Assembly (NCBI GenBank): GCA_964187785.1
Contig: OZ076409.1
Coordinates: forward strand, 24,306,001-24,370,000
DNA length: 64,000 nucleotides
Origin: Amphiscolops sp. MND2022
Taxonomy: Eukaryota
Reading direction: 5' to 3'
The translations under genes were made by a program, and so were the position numbers. Of the stretch, positions 46,183 through 60,420 are shown piece by piece. The notes under the pieces were generated by a model. That model ran no database searches, was not told the DNA's origin, and saw nothing but the letters and a program-made list of their open reading frames with translations. Positions within the stretch are counted from its first letter, which is position 1. Each line of letters opens with the position of its first letter.

Positions 46183-48977
46183 TAAGAGCAACGAAGTGAC
46201 AGATTTTATAAGCTTTATAAGCTGTAACGTATATAGGTTATAACATTCCTTGGAGAATGCTTCAAAGCTGTAAAAAGTGCCAAAGAGTTCCTTTCGACAA
46301 AAACAACCCATACCGGATTTAACGCAAACCGGATATAACGAATTCCGGATACAACGCATACCGGATATAGCGTTTTTTGGAGAAGTTTTCAATGTTACAA
46401 GAGGGTCACCCTTTGGATTTTTTGACGCAATCCCGAATTAACGCAAATCAGATTTAACGCAAACCAACACTTGGATCGTGTGTTTTGTATCGAATTGATC
46501 TGGGCGCCATTGATGATGAGAAAAAAAAGTAACAATGAGCGCAGGCGTCTCGACGTTTTTAGTTGCCTGAATCAAACATCAAGTTAAAAAATGATACTGC
46601 TTCTCGGCTTCGTTCATAGGCATAGTTTTCACCATCTTTCTCCGAGCAAATATACTCTTCTTTCCAATCACTCTTTACGAAATTCATCATAAACCATGGA
46701 ATATGATCTACGATTCTGCGGCTAAAACAAAAATTTGAAAGTGTGTAGCGTCAAAGAAAAATCGAGGTGAACCCAGCTTCAAGCACACAAAGGAGAGTCT
46801 TCTCCCGTAAGAATTTTGTCAGAAATTGCGAAGGGAAAGGTATGCCATAGTTTCGCAAATCTGACTCATTCAGATGTCAATGGCTTCGATGATTTAAAAG
46901 AAATGTGTCTATTAGGTAGTATACATACTCCTTTTGCTCTTAATTCGGTGGGTGATTTTAGCTTTTATTCTAGTGCTTTTAGACTTAATTTCAGTGATTT
47001 TTAGATCTTATTCCGGTGATTTTCATCTATTCTAGTGTAGCTTTAGTTCTCAATTCAGTGGTTTTGGATATTATTCCAGTGCTTTTCAGATATATTTAGT
47101 GATCTCTAAATATTATTGCGGTTGTGTTAGATTCTATTCTTTTGCTTTCAAAAAGTTAAATCAGTGGATTTTGATGTTTTATAGTGGTTTGAAAAACTTT
47201 TCAGTAATTTTATAGTTTTCGGTGAGTTTTAGATTCTCAATAATTTTTAATTCAATTTTTTTTAATGCCGCTTTTTTTCGAAATCAAGCAAATCGTAAGT
47301 CTTAGAAAGTATTTTCTTGGAAACATTCCTGTCTTGATCAAAATGCATACCATGGCAAGATCTTCCCATGCTCTTAGAATCTTAGACGATAGAGTACCTT
47401 TCTCTAAAATTTTATGCGCTAATTCTCTGAAGTCCTAGAGTGTTACGAGAATGTTTTCAACGTAACACAAAAATCGCGTAAATCTTGACTCGAAGAGAAA
47501 AGCGTTGAATAAGCAAAAATCTCCTGGATGAAAGAATAAGACATCTCTTTCATTAGCTTGTGAATATTGAACATTTGTAGTTTAAAAACTACTTTCTTTT
47601 AAATGCTTTACATTGGAAGAAATTTGGATAAAACGTTTGAACTGTAAATAGAGCTACAACATGTAGTTGGGAACAGATTTTTTGTATTCCCTTCGCTACG
47701 TCACAGTCTGTATTTAACTAGACGTGCCGCTTGAGAGCACAGATAAACCGGAGTTAGTTTATACTCCATCCAATGTGCGATTGAATTTTAAACATGAGAG
47801 GAAGTTGGCAGCACACTCTATGGAAAACACGCGCGAAGGAGGACACAGTGCCAACTCGAAAGATTGTTCCTTGGTTGCGGCTGTTTTTGAATCTAAATTC
47901 AAATTCTGATTCAAACAATCGTTGCTATACAGTCCTCATCCTTGAAAACATTTTATTACTTCTCTGATATCTAAAACCCAGAAACTGGCTTCATATTTGC
48001 CCATAAAGTATGTTATCTGTCGATTGTCGGAGCTCTTGATTACCGCCAATATTCGGTCATTTGACGAGATCTTTGTGAGAAAGTTAATTCAAAATGACAT
48101 AGTTTAAAATATCGTTGTAAAAAAACTGATAAACACCGAATTGTGATTAAAATCTCAGCAGCAAATATTGCGAAAACTTCCACAAAGAATATGTACCTGC
48201 TTCAGAAATTGGAATAAATGAAGATGCAAAGTCAAATTCCTCGATTTCAACAAAATTTTTTTTACTATTTCGTGAAAAACTTAAAATTCAATTTTTGGTA
48301 TCGAATAAAAATTTGATCTTAAAAGTAATGAAGAGCTTCCGCAGTATTGTCAGTTATTGCGTTATCTTTATTACTAGTTATAGCTAAAAGACAATTAATG
48401 CACTCAACTACTATTGTACAGTGGTGTGATGAAAGTTTCGCCCTCTCTCTTGCTCGCCAAAAACTTTCATATTTTGAATGAAAATATTTCACTGAATAAT
48501 TCAAAACGTTTTTTTTTCTCGAATTTCTTCTATTGAGCATTTGCGTTTGCTCGAAACTTGTATTAAAAAAGTACGAAATTGAACGTATTTAGCACACGAA
48601 CTTTCCTTTGATAACTCAATTTCGGTTCTTTCAAATGAAAGAAACATTTTAAACTTTTATATATCTATTCTCCGCAAACATCAATTCTATTTCAGATGAA
48701 CATGGCGTTTATCGTCGACGAATAATATTTAAACGTCGCAATGAATATCACGAAACTTACATCTTTATTTGATGAGTTTTTAGGATTTGCGGTTGTTTTC
48801 GATTATCCGCTTACTATTTCTTCAGAAACCTTCACAAGAAATTAGAGTACGAAACAAACATCACTACTGTTTCCATTGACGATTTAGCCAATTAGTTAAA
48901 CTGGATTAGATATCGTTATTACTATTTATATTTTGGTCAGACGTTAACATCAACTAGATAGCTATCCTTTGGTTTCG

Positions 48978-49213
48978 ATGACCAGCTTAAATGAGTCTTC
49001 GTCGCCCAAAAAACGAACCAACTCGGCAGTGTCGGGCGAAAGAAGTCGGAACACTTCGGAAGCTTCGGAGGAACCCACTCAGAAGGAAAACAATGAAGAG
49101 TCCCAATCCTGCTTCCGACCCTTTTCAGACTTCACAGATTTCGTCAACTTAGTCGCGATCGTGTTTTTAGCTGCCGGTTTTATTGCGACACTGTCTGCCT
49201 GCATGGTTCCAAG
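48978..49213 (+). CDS. TMEM74/neurensin-like two-TM host protein, coding exon 1
   Basis: Ser-rich N-terminus, then TM1 FVNLVAIVFLAAGFIATLSACM followed by VPR. Confidence 0.7.
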
Positions 49214-50349
49214 GAATGAGCAACTAAATTTCTGTACTTTACCAGAACTTTGTTTAAACCAATGTTTAAACTAAGTAGTTTTTCACCAGTGAACTTAACC
49301 AAAATAGGGTGTGCGAAAATGTTTTTTTTGTGTTGAATTTCCTTGTGTTCAGTTTTCCCTACCCCGTTGGATACCATGGTTGCAACATGTCGAGATCTTT
49401 TTGAAACATTATGAAAACTTCATCAAAAAAGTTCCATATATTAGAAAAGTATTTGATGGGGAACCGACGATCAATTCTTTTGTTTCTTCTATTTTCGTGA
49501 ATATCAAAAAAGTGTAATGAAAAGCGCTTAGCGTTTGTTCGCTACACAGGGTGGAGGAACTGATGCCATGGATTAAGATTCGGGACCAATCACCATAACG
49601 CCAGCCCATTTTGTCCTCCTAAGGAAGCCGGTCCCGAGGAGGGGGAACCGTCTCTAGGGATGCTCTCCGGCCTGTTCCAGTCTGTTACTGCTGAGAATAA
49701 CGGGCATTATGCTTTTTCTCTTCATAACCACCGTCTAGACAGCCTTTAAAAACAATGCCAAGGATAAGCAGTGTAAATTTCCCATTCCAGAATGAAATTC
49801 CAGGGTGACATGTGAATAAGGTCTAAAATGGGTACTAAGATCTAAACTGCGAAAACTAGCGCATGGGCTAGCTAAAAACAGTAGAAACACATCAAAATAA
49901 GCACGAATATGGCCAACCACACAGCTACAAGCTGGGGCGCAGGGACTCCAAGCACCAAAAAAGGATAATTAAGCGAAAAGACGCATTTTCCCGGTTCTTG
50001 CTACTTTGGGTAGCATAATGCTGAAAATCGGTAAAAACCGGAGTTAGCACCTCAAAAAGAGTCTATTTATGAGTTTCCTAAACGCATTGGCTTCTACACT
50101 CCGTGTTCCCGTTCGGTCGTCTCCGCGGGCGGCTTGCTTCGTCTTCTGAACTGATTTTTGACAGGTACTTTGGCCAAAGCATCCTCAATTTGCCACGTCA
50201 GATTTGAACGAATTTTTGGTCGATTTTTCTGGAAACTCGTTGTACCACAGGCTTCCGTTACAAAGTATTGAAAATTGTTGAACGATATATCAAAATTTTA
50301 AACGTTCATCTCATGTTTCACGATAAATTTGGTTGATATATTTCAATTC

Positions 50350-50947
50350 AAACAAACCGGGACCGGTCCAAGTCGGCCGGCGCCATATCTAAGGCTCGAA
50401 AATAGCAAAAAAACTTCAAAGCGTCAAAGTATTCTTTTCTACAGTACCCGAAAAACACAGAAAATGCACCAATTGGCGCGCCAGGGGGCGTTTTGAGATT
50501 TTTCATCCATTGTTGCGAAACATCAAAAAATTGAATGGGGAAAACTTTGGGTAGAAAAAAATTCGAAAAAAGTCTCACAATGCCGAAAAAAACTGAAAAA
50601 GGGACCCTTTGGGATTTTTAAACATCCATTCTGTCGCAAAACTCCAAAAACAATTGAAGGGGGAACCCTTTGGGGAATTGTTTTTTGAAAAAAAAGTCTC
50701 GCAATTCCGAAAAAAAACTAAAAAGGGACACTTTAGTCTCGTCCGGTATTGTATGTTTTGCGGAAAAAAGAAAAAACATTTTTGGTTCTGTTCCTTGGGC
50801 CAACAGCTACAATTTGGCTTCTTCTTAAAATTTTGTATAACTTTTGATAGAACTATTTTGGTCACTTAAGGTGTATCTGACGAAAAACACTGACGAAAAG
50901 GCATGACTTTAGCCGACTCTTTTCTTAAGAAGAGCCTCGACTAAAAA
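50350..50947 (-). repeat. Interspersed repeat family copy, inverted, inside the host gene intron
   Basis: Reverse complement of the ends and internal units of 12518-13003. Confidence 0.65.
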
Positions 50948-51589
50948 TAGGAATTTAAAAACGAAATAATACGCCAAGGGCAATATGCGAAACCTGATGT
51001 TTGGCATTCGCTGAAACTAGTTCTTGTACGTCTAGTAGTGTGAAAAAGTCATAACCTATAGTTTGCTCTACTACTGAAAATTGCTACCTTTAGAAAACGC
51101 ATTTGGTCGGATACTTTTATCCATCCTACAAGACAAATCAGCTTCCATACAGTATTGTTGTTGAACAGCATTCAATCGCTGAGTTAAATCGGTGAACCGA
51201 TTAAAATTGCTCATTTGCTCTCACTTTCAAATTTGATTGGCGCATTAGGTGAAATTTCAGGCACAGAAAGAACACTTCAGTAATTTTCCAAGTTTTAGCA
51301 GGTTTTTGAAATTTGCCTTATGTTCATTTTGACAATATCACTACTTTATATTGGTCTGCAATTAGATATACTTAAGGAAACCATCGCTGACATCTACGCT
51401 TCTAAAAAAGTCAAGATAATTCAAAAAGTTTACCAAGAAAAAAATGAATGCTTTGGTTTCAGTGGAAATTTATACAATTATTATACAATTATGGAATGGG
51501 AACAAAATACGACAATTTCTCCATTTATTGCAAATGCATAATTATATTAAAAGTTTCCTAAATTCACTTCTCATTCCTTGGTTTCTCAG

Positions 51590-51872
51590 GGATCCACCTG
51601 AGTTAGACGAGTATGACTCAGCCAGAGAAGCGGAAAAGGGCCAAAGGGAATTTGCGGAGAAGATAGAATTTTGGGATTATATTTTACTGCTGGGAATGTT
51701 TTTCGTGGCCATCGGCGGGATAATAGTCACTTTACTAATGGTGCATGGATGGTTGACCTATGAACTCTACGTTTCGAGGTCAGAAATACGCATGTACAAA
51801 CCTGGAGAGGTCACCCAAAGTTCAAAGTCAAGTGGCAGCGGTACTAAACAGCAGTACGGTGCCATCAATTAA
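51590..51872 (+). CDS. TMEM74/neurensin-like protein, coding exon 2 (joined product 172 aa)
   Basis: Strong acceptor ccttggtttctcag, then AREAE, TM2 ILLLGMFFVAIGGIIVTLLM and C-terminal YGAIN, resembling TMEM74 (AREME...LGGVILSCLLM...YGSFN). Confidence 0.75.
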
Positions 51873-53664
51873 AAAAGGGGTATGCATAAAAAAATTTATA
51901 AACAGTAATTGCTATTTGAAATTTTTACAAATTTACAAAGGTTTCTTTAATCAAAAGTTGCTCTAGAAAACGATTGATTGGTTTCAATTTTTAACAGCTT
52001 TATATTATCTTGAATCAGTTTTCTGTATCATAAAAACGATTAGAACAATTTGCAATTGATAACTCTTCACATGTAAAAAAATCGCAAGGTTCTTATTTTA
52101 GGTTTTTTTTAAAAAAATGTTTCATCTCTACAATTTTTTAATATCACTGTTGACAAAATGGATTGCAATCTTTTGAACCCTGATAAATCTACTGTTTTAC
52201 ACCATTCAGTAACCCAACTATTGCGTGCCCCTTAACCTAAAGATACGAAGCCAGTACAACGTATGTAGTGACGTCATTAAGGACGTAATTATGATGTAAA
52301 GTCATTCTCGGCACAGAATGAACCAATCGCATCTCAATTAGCTGCAGCCAATGGCGACAGTCGACAATTCTCGGGTCCTCGCATGAAATGCAAGCGTTCG
52401 AAATGTCGAAATTATAGTTTTTATTTTTATCCAAATTTTTAAACAAAGAAATAAAAATGTAATCAGAACTGTATCCGACCCCCACAAATAGAAATTGAAG
52501 TTATTGCACAACATTTGAGTTTTCACATATGTAGTGTGTTTCTTTCAATTACACTGCTGGAATTATCTTGAGAATTTGCTCGTGACACACTTTTGAACAA
52601 GTTTGAAAAGATAGGAGTACACGTGTTGACAAACCACGTGCTTCCATGCATGCTACATACATGGTCCATGGGAATTCTATGCACGGTCCATGTGAACCCC
52701 ATTGCACATGGTCAATATACATGGCCGTGCTGTTTTTCTTTGTATGGAATCGCAAGGTCCCTGCATGTTCTATTAGCTCAGGGAAAAGGTTCACAGAACC
52801 ATCAGAGATACGAATGACATAGAAGCAGTTCTCCTATCAAATGAATCCAGTCGTGGAGACCTTGGCAGTGTCTTCAAAGTTTTTTAAACTTCGGCCTGAT
52901 CATAAGGTTCCCAACTTGAGCAGTCCCTTATTGTTTCTCTCCATCAATTCCTTCTATTTAGTTGGGAAAACAAAACATTAGATTTGTAACATCTCAAATC
53001 ACCAGATTAAAACCCAAATGCATTAGGAAAATAATTTAAACTCATTGACATTAGATTTGAAATCATCGAAATTTGATCAAAAATTTCATTTTAGATCATA
53101 TTAATGACTGGTTTTCATTCAACAAATTATGAATAAACGTATCCAAATTCGAATCTCTGAGTGTCCGATCTGCAAAAGTGAACCATTTGGCGTTGCTGAA
53201 CGAAACCAATACTGACAAAAACAAATGCGAGTGTTCGGAACTACACATAGATAGTAAAACGACATTCAAAGACATACTGCGCATTTACTGAAAGAAATTT
53301 TTGTCGGTTAATTCAATTGTCGGTTAGGAGTTAGGCCTATGTTTTCCACTTACTCTCTTCTTTTGGTTTACTTTGCTAAATCGAATATAACGTCTAGATT
53401 CTTTGTACATGGAGTGAAATAACTATAGATTTAAAGGCTTTCTCTATCGTTTGAGAGTCAAAGAATCAATTGAATATGGCTATATACGGTCGCAAAAATG
53501 AATCAAACAATGTATATAGAAAACGACACAACTGACAAAAGATCAAATAATATTAGTCAACAAAAATAACAACAGTGAACATAAATAGCAAGGCCTTTTC
53601 TCAAGGTTATTTTACTGAAATGAAGAAAATATTCAGATCTTATTTCCGAAATAGGAAATATTTT

Positions 53665-53736
53665 ACCTGTCCGGGAATCGAACCCAAGACCTTATGGTTC
53701 GAAAGCTAGCACACTAACCATTCGGCCATAGCGCCT
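53665..53736 (-). ncRNA. tRNA-like Pol III module in the 3' LTR of element 7
   Basis: TGGCCGAATGG (A box)...GGTTCGATTCC (B box) at tRNA spacing; TCG at the anticodon position, but the stems do not pair. Confidence 0.7.
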
Positions 53737-53921
53737 TGAAAAGGAGCGGATAATATTTGCTTTTATTCTTATCGCTGAATTAATTGCTTGCCAACATCCT
53801 CCGGGCCCAAGACGATGTGGAGAAACGAATCAATCAAACAAAAACTTTTTTTACATGTTACATGAAATATAATAATGATAATAATGTAAATAATGTACGG
53901 TGAAATGAAGCAAAAACAAAA

Positions 53922-56900
53922 TTATATAGATTGTTCGGGAATGGGGAGAACGGGGGCGAGCTTGACAACTGGGCGAACAAGGTTTCCGGTAGATGTCTTG
54001 ACTTCGGCTGAACGGGCGATGGCATCGGTGCCGTAATTTAACTTCACTACGCGACCAAGTGGGTAGTGTCCTCTTGGTGCGGTCGGTTCGACTAACCAGA
54101 CGAGATCTCCGGTTTTCAGGTCTCTGTCTGACGACTTGGACCATTTGGAGCGACGGTTGAGGTTTGGAACGTACTCCTTGAGCCAACGATTCCAAATTGC
54201 GTCTGAGTACGCTTGGGCTCGGACGTATCGCTTTCGATGGTCTATTTCAGGGCGGAAGTGTGATGGCAATGTTGAACTTGCAGTTCCAAGGAGAAAGTGG
54301 TTTGGTGTAAGAGCGTCGAGATCAGTAGCTTCAGGGCTCACGGGAGTGATTGGGCGAGCATTGAGACATTGTTCTACAAGCAGAACGTGGTCGTCAAGAT
54401 TTCGTCTGTCAAACGGCGGTTTCCTAAAACGGCATAAAAAACGTGCTTGAAGCTACGAACTAGGCGTTCCCAAACACCTCCGTGATGGGGAGCACTTGGT
54501 GGGTTAAACTTCCACGTTATGCCTTTCTTTGCAAGTGTTTCTCCGAGGACTTGCTGGTTCCAGTTGTTGATGTTGGACATAAGTTCTTTCTCGCTAGCAA
54601 CGAAGTTTGTTCCATTGTCGGACCAGATTACTGATGGGATTCCACGACGGGCACAAAATCTTTCTATTCCCATCACACAGCTACTGGTGTCCATGCTAGG
54701 AACTACTTCAAAGTGGAAAGCGCGAGTGGTGAGACATGTGAAAAGGAAGCCCCAACGTTTTTCAGTGGACCGCCTCACGGTTACAAAGAAGGGTCCGAAA
54801 TAGTCTACACCTGTGTTCGAGAAAGGTGGTTCTTTGAAAGCAAGTCTTTCTCGCGGGAGGTCCGCCATCACTGGAGTAACGGTTTCAGCCCTTCGCTTGC
54901 GGCATGTAACACACCTCGAAACTATTGTTCTCAAAGTTGCTCGCAGTTTTACCACCGCCAGGCGTTGCTGTATCAAAGCGCGGAGGTAGTCAACACCTTG
55001 ATGACAATGTTGAACGTGCGTGTGTTCTAACAAGAGTCGAACCAAGGGATGTCGGGCGTCCAACAGAATGGGATGTTTCACATCGAAGGTTGCAACGTCA
55101 AGGTTTTTTGTTCGACCAGAAGCTCTTAGGAGCCCGTTGGGTCCTATGAAGGGAGAAAATTGGGCAAGTTTGGAAATTTTACTGAGCGGGGTTGACTTCA
55201 GCAAACTACTTCTTTCAACGTGGAATGATTCCGCCTGACTCAGGTAGAAAAGACGTTGTTCGGCATTTTCAAGTTCGGCCGGATCCCTAATGGCACCTGT
55301 GATAGTCCTGTAGTCTCTGTTCTTTAATAAGAGCCGCAAAATATAGGCTGCAATGCGCAGGAGTTTCTCGTATGAGCAATACTTCTGCCACTCGAAAGTT
55401 CTTGCAATTGCAACTTGGGTTTCGCACAGCATTGAAGAAGACTTAGGAACTAGTTCGTCAATCGGATCCGGTTTTACTTGCTTCAGTTTCTGTCGAAAGT
55501 CTTCGGAAGGCTTGAAGGGCCATTCATCTGTATTCAGGAATTCGGGGCCATTTAGCCAACTACTTTGCAGAAGAGTCTTGGCAGACAAACCTCTAGTTCC
55601 GGCGTCAGCAGGGTTGTCGGCGGATTGCACGTGGTACCACTCATCTGTAGTTGTCAGTTCGAGTATCTCCGCAACACGGTTTGCTACGAACACCGGCTGT
55701 TTCTCAAGAGAATGTAGCCACTGAAGGACCGTAGTACTGTCAGTCCACATAAATGTTCTTTCAATCTGTAAAGTGAGCGCGCGTTGCACTTCGTTTCTCA
55801 ATCTTGCGGCGAGTAACGCGGCTTGCAGTTCGAGTTTGGGATTGGTCAGTGCTTTCATTGGCGCAACTCGTGCTTTGCCAAACACAAAGGCTAATTCAGT
55901 AGAACAACCATTTCCAGTGTTGACTTTCCCTCTGAGGAAAGCTACGGCACTAAAGAAATCTTGCGAACTGTCGCCAAACATATGTAACTCCAAACACTCG
56001 ACATTTTGCTGGAAGTAACTTCTTGGGATCACGAGTTCACCAAGAGTTCCCAATTCAGAACTCCAGTCCAGAAACTTGGTTACAATGTCCTCCGGGAGGA
56101 GGTCATCCCATTTATGGCCGCTCAGTCTCCATATGTCTTTCAGCAGAAGTCGGGCTTTCACGGTGTACGGTGCTACGAGCCCAATAGGGTCGTACACGGC
56201 GGAGACGAGGCTGAGAACAACTCGTTGAGTAACAGTTCGGTTTGTGTCGGGAGTGGTGCCTCGGCTAACAACAAGTGTATCCGAGACGTGGTTCCATTTG
56301 AGGCCAAGTACGTGCGATGATTCCTCAGTTGTCGGTAACTGTTTACCATCGTTGGGTTGGCACTCAGAGTTTGGTTCGATGTGTTGCAAGATGTTTTGGT
56401 CGTTAGACACAAATTTCGTTAAGTTGAATCCACCCAGCGAAAGCAATTTCACTGAGTCTTTGGCTTTCTGGGTAGCTTCGTCGGCAGTGGGACTAGACTC
56501 GAGGTAGTTGTCCATGTAGAAATTCGTCTGCACGCTTTGAGCGGCTTTCGGAAATTTGTCGGCGTTGTCGGTTGCGGTCTTCTTCAAAGCGTAATTTGCG
56601 CAAGTCGGAGAGTCCTTCGACCAAAGATCTGTCTTACGTACTGAAAAACAGCAACTTCAGTTGATGGATCCTCCCGCCACAAAAAACGAATGGACGGTTG
56701 GTCTTTCGGTATAACTCCCACTTGTAAGAACATGCCTTCAATGTCGGCGGACACGGCCTTGGGGAATTGACGGAATCTGAAGAGGATATGGATCAAACTT
56801 TGCAGTAGATCCGGACCGGTTAGAAGGGCGTTGTTCAAAGAGTGTCCATGGAACTTTGCAGCACCATTGAGAACTCTTCTCACTTTGCCGGGTTTGTGCG

Positions 56901-59900
56901 GGTGTACTACGGGGTGATGTGGCAAGTACCACTCACGACAGTTATCGGTACGGAAACATTCGGACTTATCGACTCGAACGATATACCCTTTTTCGAAGTC
57001 CTCTCTGATTGTCTTGCTGTAGCTCTCTTTCAGTTGAGGATATTTTCCGAGGCGGCGTTCTAACGACTTAAGTTGTACAAGAGCCGAGAAGTAGTTGTTC
57101 GGCAACGTACTTTCTTCGTCGGCCTACAACGTTCCAACTTGGTAACGGCATCCATCGTTGAATGTCGTCTCTTCGAGGATTTTCATCGCTCGCGCATCGG
57201 CTGCGGAGCGAGAGTCAACTTGTTTGTAGGCACCATATGACTCGATGTCGTACCAGCTGCGAAGTTGTTCGGCAAGAATAGAATCGTTCTCTGAGCCAGT
57301 GACAGCTTTGAAACAAGTCGAGAAAAGACCCGTGGTGGAAGGAAGCGGACCACTCAGTACCCAACCCAACGGTGAACGGACGGCTATTGGAGTATTCGGA
57401 CGGTCAGCTTCGAAGTAATCCAATGGGCGGATACAGTGGAAGACATCCTGACCAAGGATCATCTCAACGTCTGAATAGCTGTACTTGCTCAGGGGGATCG
57501 GTTCTAGATGCGGGTAAGTCGTTTTCAGTTTGTCAACGTCGGTAATGTCGTTTCCAACTTTCAAATCATCTCGGACGTAAGGAGTGACAGGAAAAGATGA
57601 ACAAGAGCCACCCGAATGAACGGGTGTCAACTTAAGCTCAACTGTTTCCGTGTCAATCAGTTGTTGGGAGTTTATCCCATGCACGGTTAACTTGGTTGCT
57701 GAGCCCTTAACTTGTAGTTTGTCGGCTAATCTTCTCGAGATCCATGAATGACTACAAGCTGAGTCACATAGAGCAAGAATTTTAGCGGAGCTCGACGGCG
57801 ATGTCAATTCGACTTCTGTTATCTGCAACAAGCCTTTGACGTCGGTTACGGAAGGCATGCCGGAGCTTTCGCTGCCAGTTTGTCTCTGACTGACCTTTGT
57901 CGTTTTACTTTGAGAAATTTTCGCATCGCCGAGACTTTTCTGTGGGAAAACTCTGTCGGACCCGTGAAGTAAGGTGTTATGAGAGCTGCTACAGCCGTCT
58001 CTTGTGCATTTTCTTGGTTGCGGGCATTGCCGGAATGAATGTCCTTCGTTTAGACAAGAGAAGCAAAGTTCGCTCTCGGCGGCTAGCTTGGTTCTCTCTG
58101 TCGGAGTTTTTTGGCGGAACAATCTACAACGCCAAAGCGGGTGAGTGTCCTTGCATGCTACACATTGTTTCTCACTTTTAACCTTGGTAATAGCGTTCCT
58201 TTGGTTACTGGTGGTCGCCGCAAAAACTTTGGTTCCTGTTTTTGTCTTGGTTACGGTAGTGACAGGAACTTCTTCGGATCTTGGTTTACTGGAGGCGACT
58301 TTCATTCTTTCGTGTGCCTCTGCCTTCTCCTTTAGCCAATCGTTAAAGTGAATCAAAGTCGGTCGATCCAGATTCCGTTTGACAGTGTTCATTGACCACG
58401 CTTCCTTCAAATTTGGTGGAAGCTTTTGAACCGCTCGGCCCAGGAGAGAAGCACTCGACAGATCCTGCAGGTAGTTCAAAGATCGAAAAACCCCAACCAG
58501 TGAGGAAACTGTGGCAGAATAGCTGATGATACTGTCGCTATTGTGCATCTTTACTGGCGGGTAGTTGGCGAGTTTGTCGAGGTAGGCACTAACAACAGTC
58601 TGAGGTTGCCCAAACTTTCGTTCCAACGTTTTCAACGCGTCTTTGTACATAGTACCACAATATGCAAACTCGGCTATAGCAGTTTTTGCCTTACCGGACA
58701 CCAATGTCTTCAAGTAGGTCAGTTTCACGTCATCGGTAAGGGGCGCTGAATCGATGGCACTCTTGAACTGGCCAAACTACTCGTGCCATTGAAGTGGATC
58801 TCCACTGTACTGGGCCAGTTTCCATTCAGGGAGGTGATCCCTTTTCGAGGACGCTAACAGTTGTGCAAGATCTTGGACAGTGAAACTGGTAGTAGCAGGT
58901 TGCGGTACATTGACGAATGGAGGAGTTGCCAATGGTGTTACTGTTGAAGGAACGGCCGGGAAAGTAGTCGGTACTGGTGCGCTGCTCGGTGCGGGCACAG
59001 TTGCAAGAGACGTCGAGTTAATATAGTATACTGTTCCTCCAGCGGTGACTGGGATAACAGGCGAAGATGTTGAGGCGACACTAGTAGCCGGTAAAACTGT
59101 CGGAAACACAGTGGCGGTCGAAGTTACGGGGTTTACTTTCACGGGCGGGTTACTTGGTCCTGTCGGAAACGTCCAGGCTGATAAATTTGGAAGAACATGA
59201 CTTGCGGGAACGGTGACTGTTGAAATCGGAATTGACGTGGCGGTTGCCAAAGGAGCTGAGGCTGAAACAGTTACTGATGGAGCATTTGTCCCCTGAAGCG
59301 TTGTGGTCGACTGGGGGACCTGGACGTGGCCAGTGTTTGGTAGGTAAACTATTGAACCTGGTCCTGTAGCTGCAGGCATATTGTTAGTCGTCGAAGCGGT
59401 TGGAAGAGCTACAGGAGTCACTACTGGGAAGCTAGGTGTTGGCGTTGTTGTAGGAGCTCCTCTGTGGACTGAACTTTGTGCTGCGGTAGTGACGATAACG
59501 ACGTTCGGTTCCAAAATAACGGTGTTTGTGGGATCACTTGCAGTAGCAACAGGTGAATTGTTAACCCACTCGCTGACTCTGACAGTATCGTCAGCTTTAG
59601 TCGAAGCCGCTAGTTGTGAAACTGTGTCTAGAAACTCCGATTGAGAGTCTGACAAGTCCTCAGTCAGTTCAAGCTCGGTGAGTGTTGCTTCAGCTAGTTT
59701 CTTTCGATTTTCTTCTTCTAACTGTTCAACTCGAAGTGCTTGTTCTTTCTTAAGTCTGTCGGTCCTCAGTCTAAGTAGTTCTTGTTCTTCCTGTAGACGT
59801 TCAAGTTCCAGTTCCTGCTGTTGCTTTGCAATTCTAAGGGCGGCTTCGTTTTGCCTTTCTATCTCCTCCTTACGTTGCTTGGCAATCAACAAGTCCCTTT

Positions 59901-60330
59901 GTCGTTGACTGGAGGCTCGCGATTGTCTGGATGTCCTTGTGGTAGACGTTTTGCTTGGTTGCTTGCTCTTGGTGACAGTCGTTGACGATTGAGATGCTCC
60001 ATCGACTAGTGGACATTGATCGATGTAATCGCGAGCCTTCTTTAAAATCTCATCGTTTCGAGTGGTCACTTCATTCAACCAAGTTTCCAAATCTTGTTTA
60101 ACAATTGATGGGTCTTCTGTTTTGCCAGAGAGTTCGAAAAGTTGTTCATGTTTAGCAAACAGTTTCGTCATCGCTTCGTCGCAGGAAGTAACAAATCTTT
60201 CGACGCGGACACGTCTATCTTTGTTCTGCACGGCATCTTGAACTTTTTCTTGAAACCTTTGTAACTCGGTCTCAGCTTTGGCACGACTTTCGAAAAGTTT
60301 TCTAACTTTGTCTTGTCTGGTGTCGGTCAT
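53922..60330 (-). pseudogene. BEL/Pao gag-pol with 2 stops (58777, 57124) and 2 frameshifts (~56620, ~54375)
   Basis: LPEWKLAQYSGDPLQW; three knuckles; LCDSACS; YMDN instead of YMDD; MFGDSS; GVDYFGP; SDNGTNF. Confidence 0.95.
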
Positions 60331-60420
60331 CTTTGTCGTGATCTTTTGCAAGAGAATGAATCAAGGTAGCAAGGAAAGTGTTAAATCAAATAGATCGAGG
60401 AGCAACTTCTTCGACAGCGT

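Noticed and set aside
46310..47230. Short ccggat/aacgc repeats and degenerate ttcagtg-rich tandem repeats
   Set aside because: Too degenerate to define boundaries or family; treated as low-complexity or repeat debris.
53723..53732. Self-priming through CTATGGCC in the LTR module, complementary to the PBS
   Set aside because: Only 8 nt, and not conserved in element 1, which has the same PBS.
53665..53736. Functional tRNA-Arg(TCG) gene (and tRNA-Gly(TCC) at 2364-2436)
   Set aside because: Acceptor and anticodon stems do not pair; only the promoter boxes and part of the T-arm remain.
57124..58779. APOBEC-like hypermutation (two TGG-to-TAG stops, YMDD-to-YMDN)
   Set aside because: Too few events to judge without a consensus, and the YMDN change fits CpG decay.
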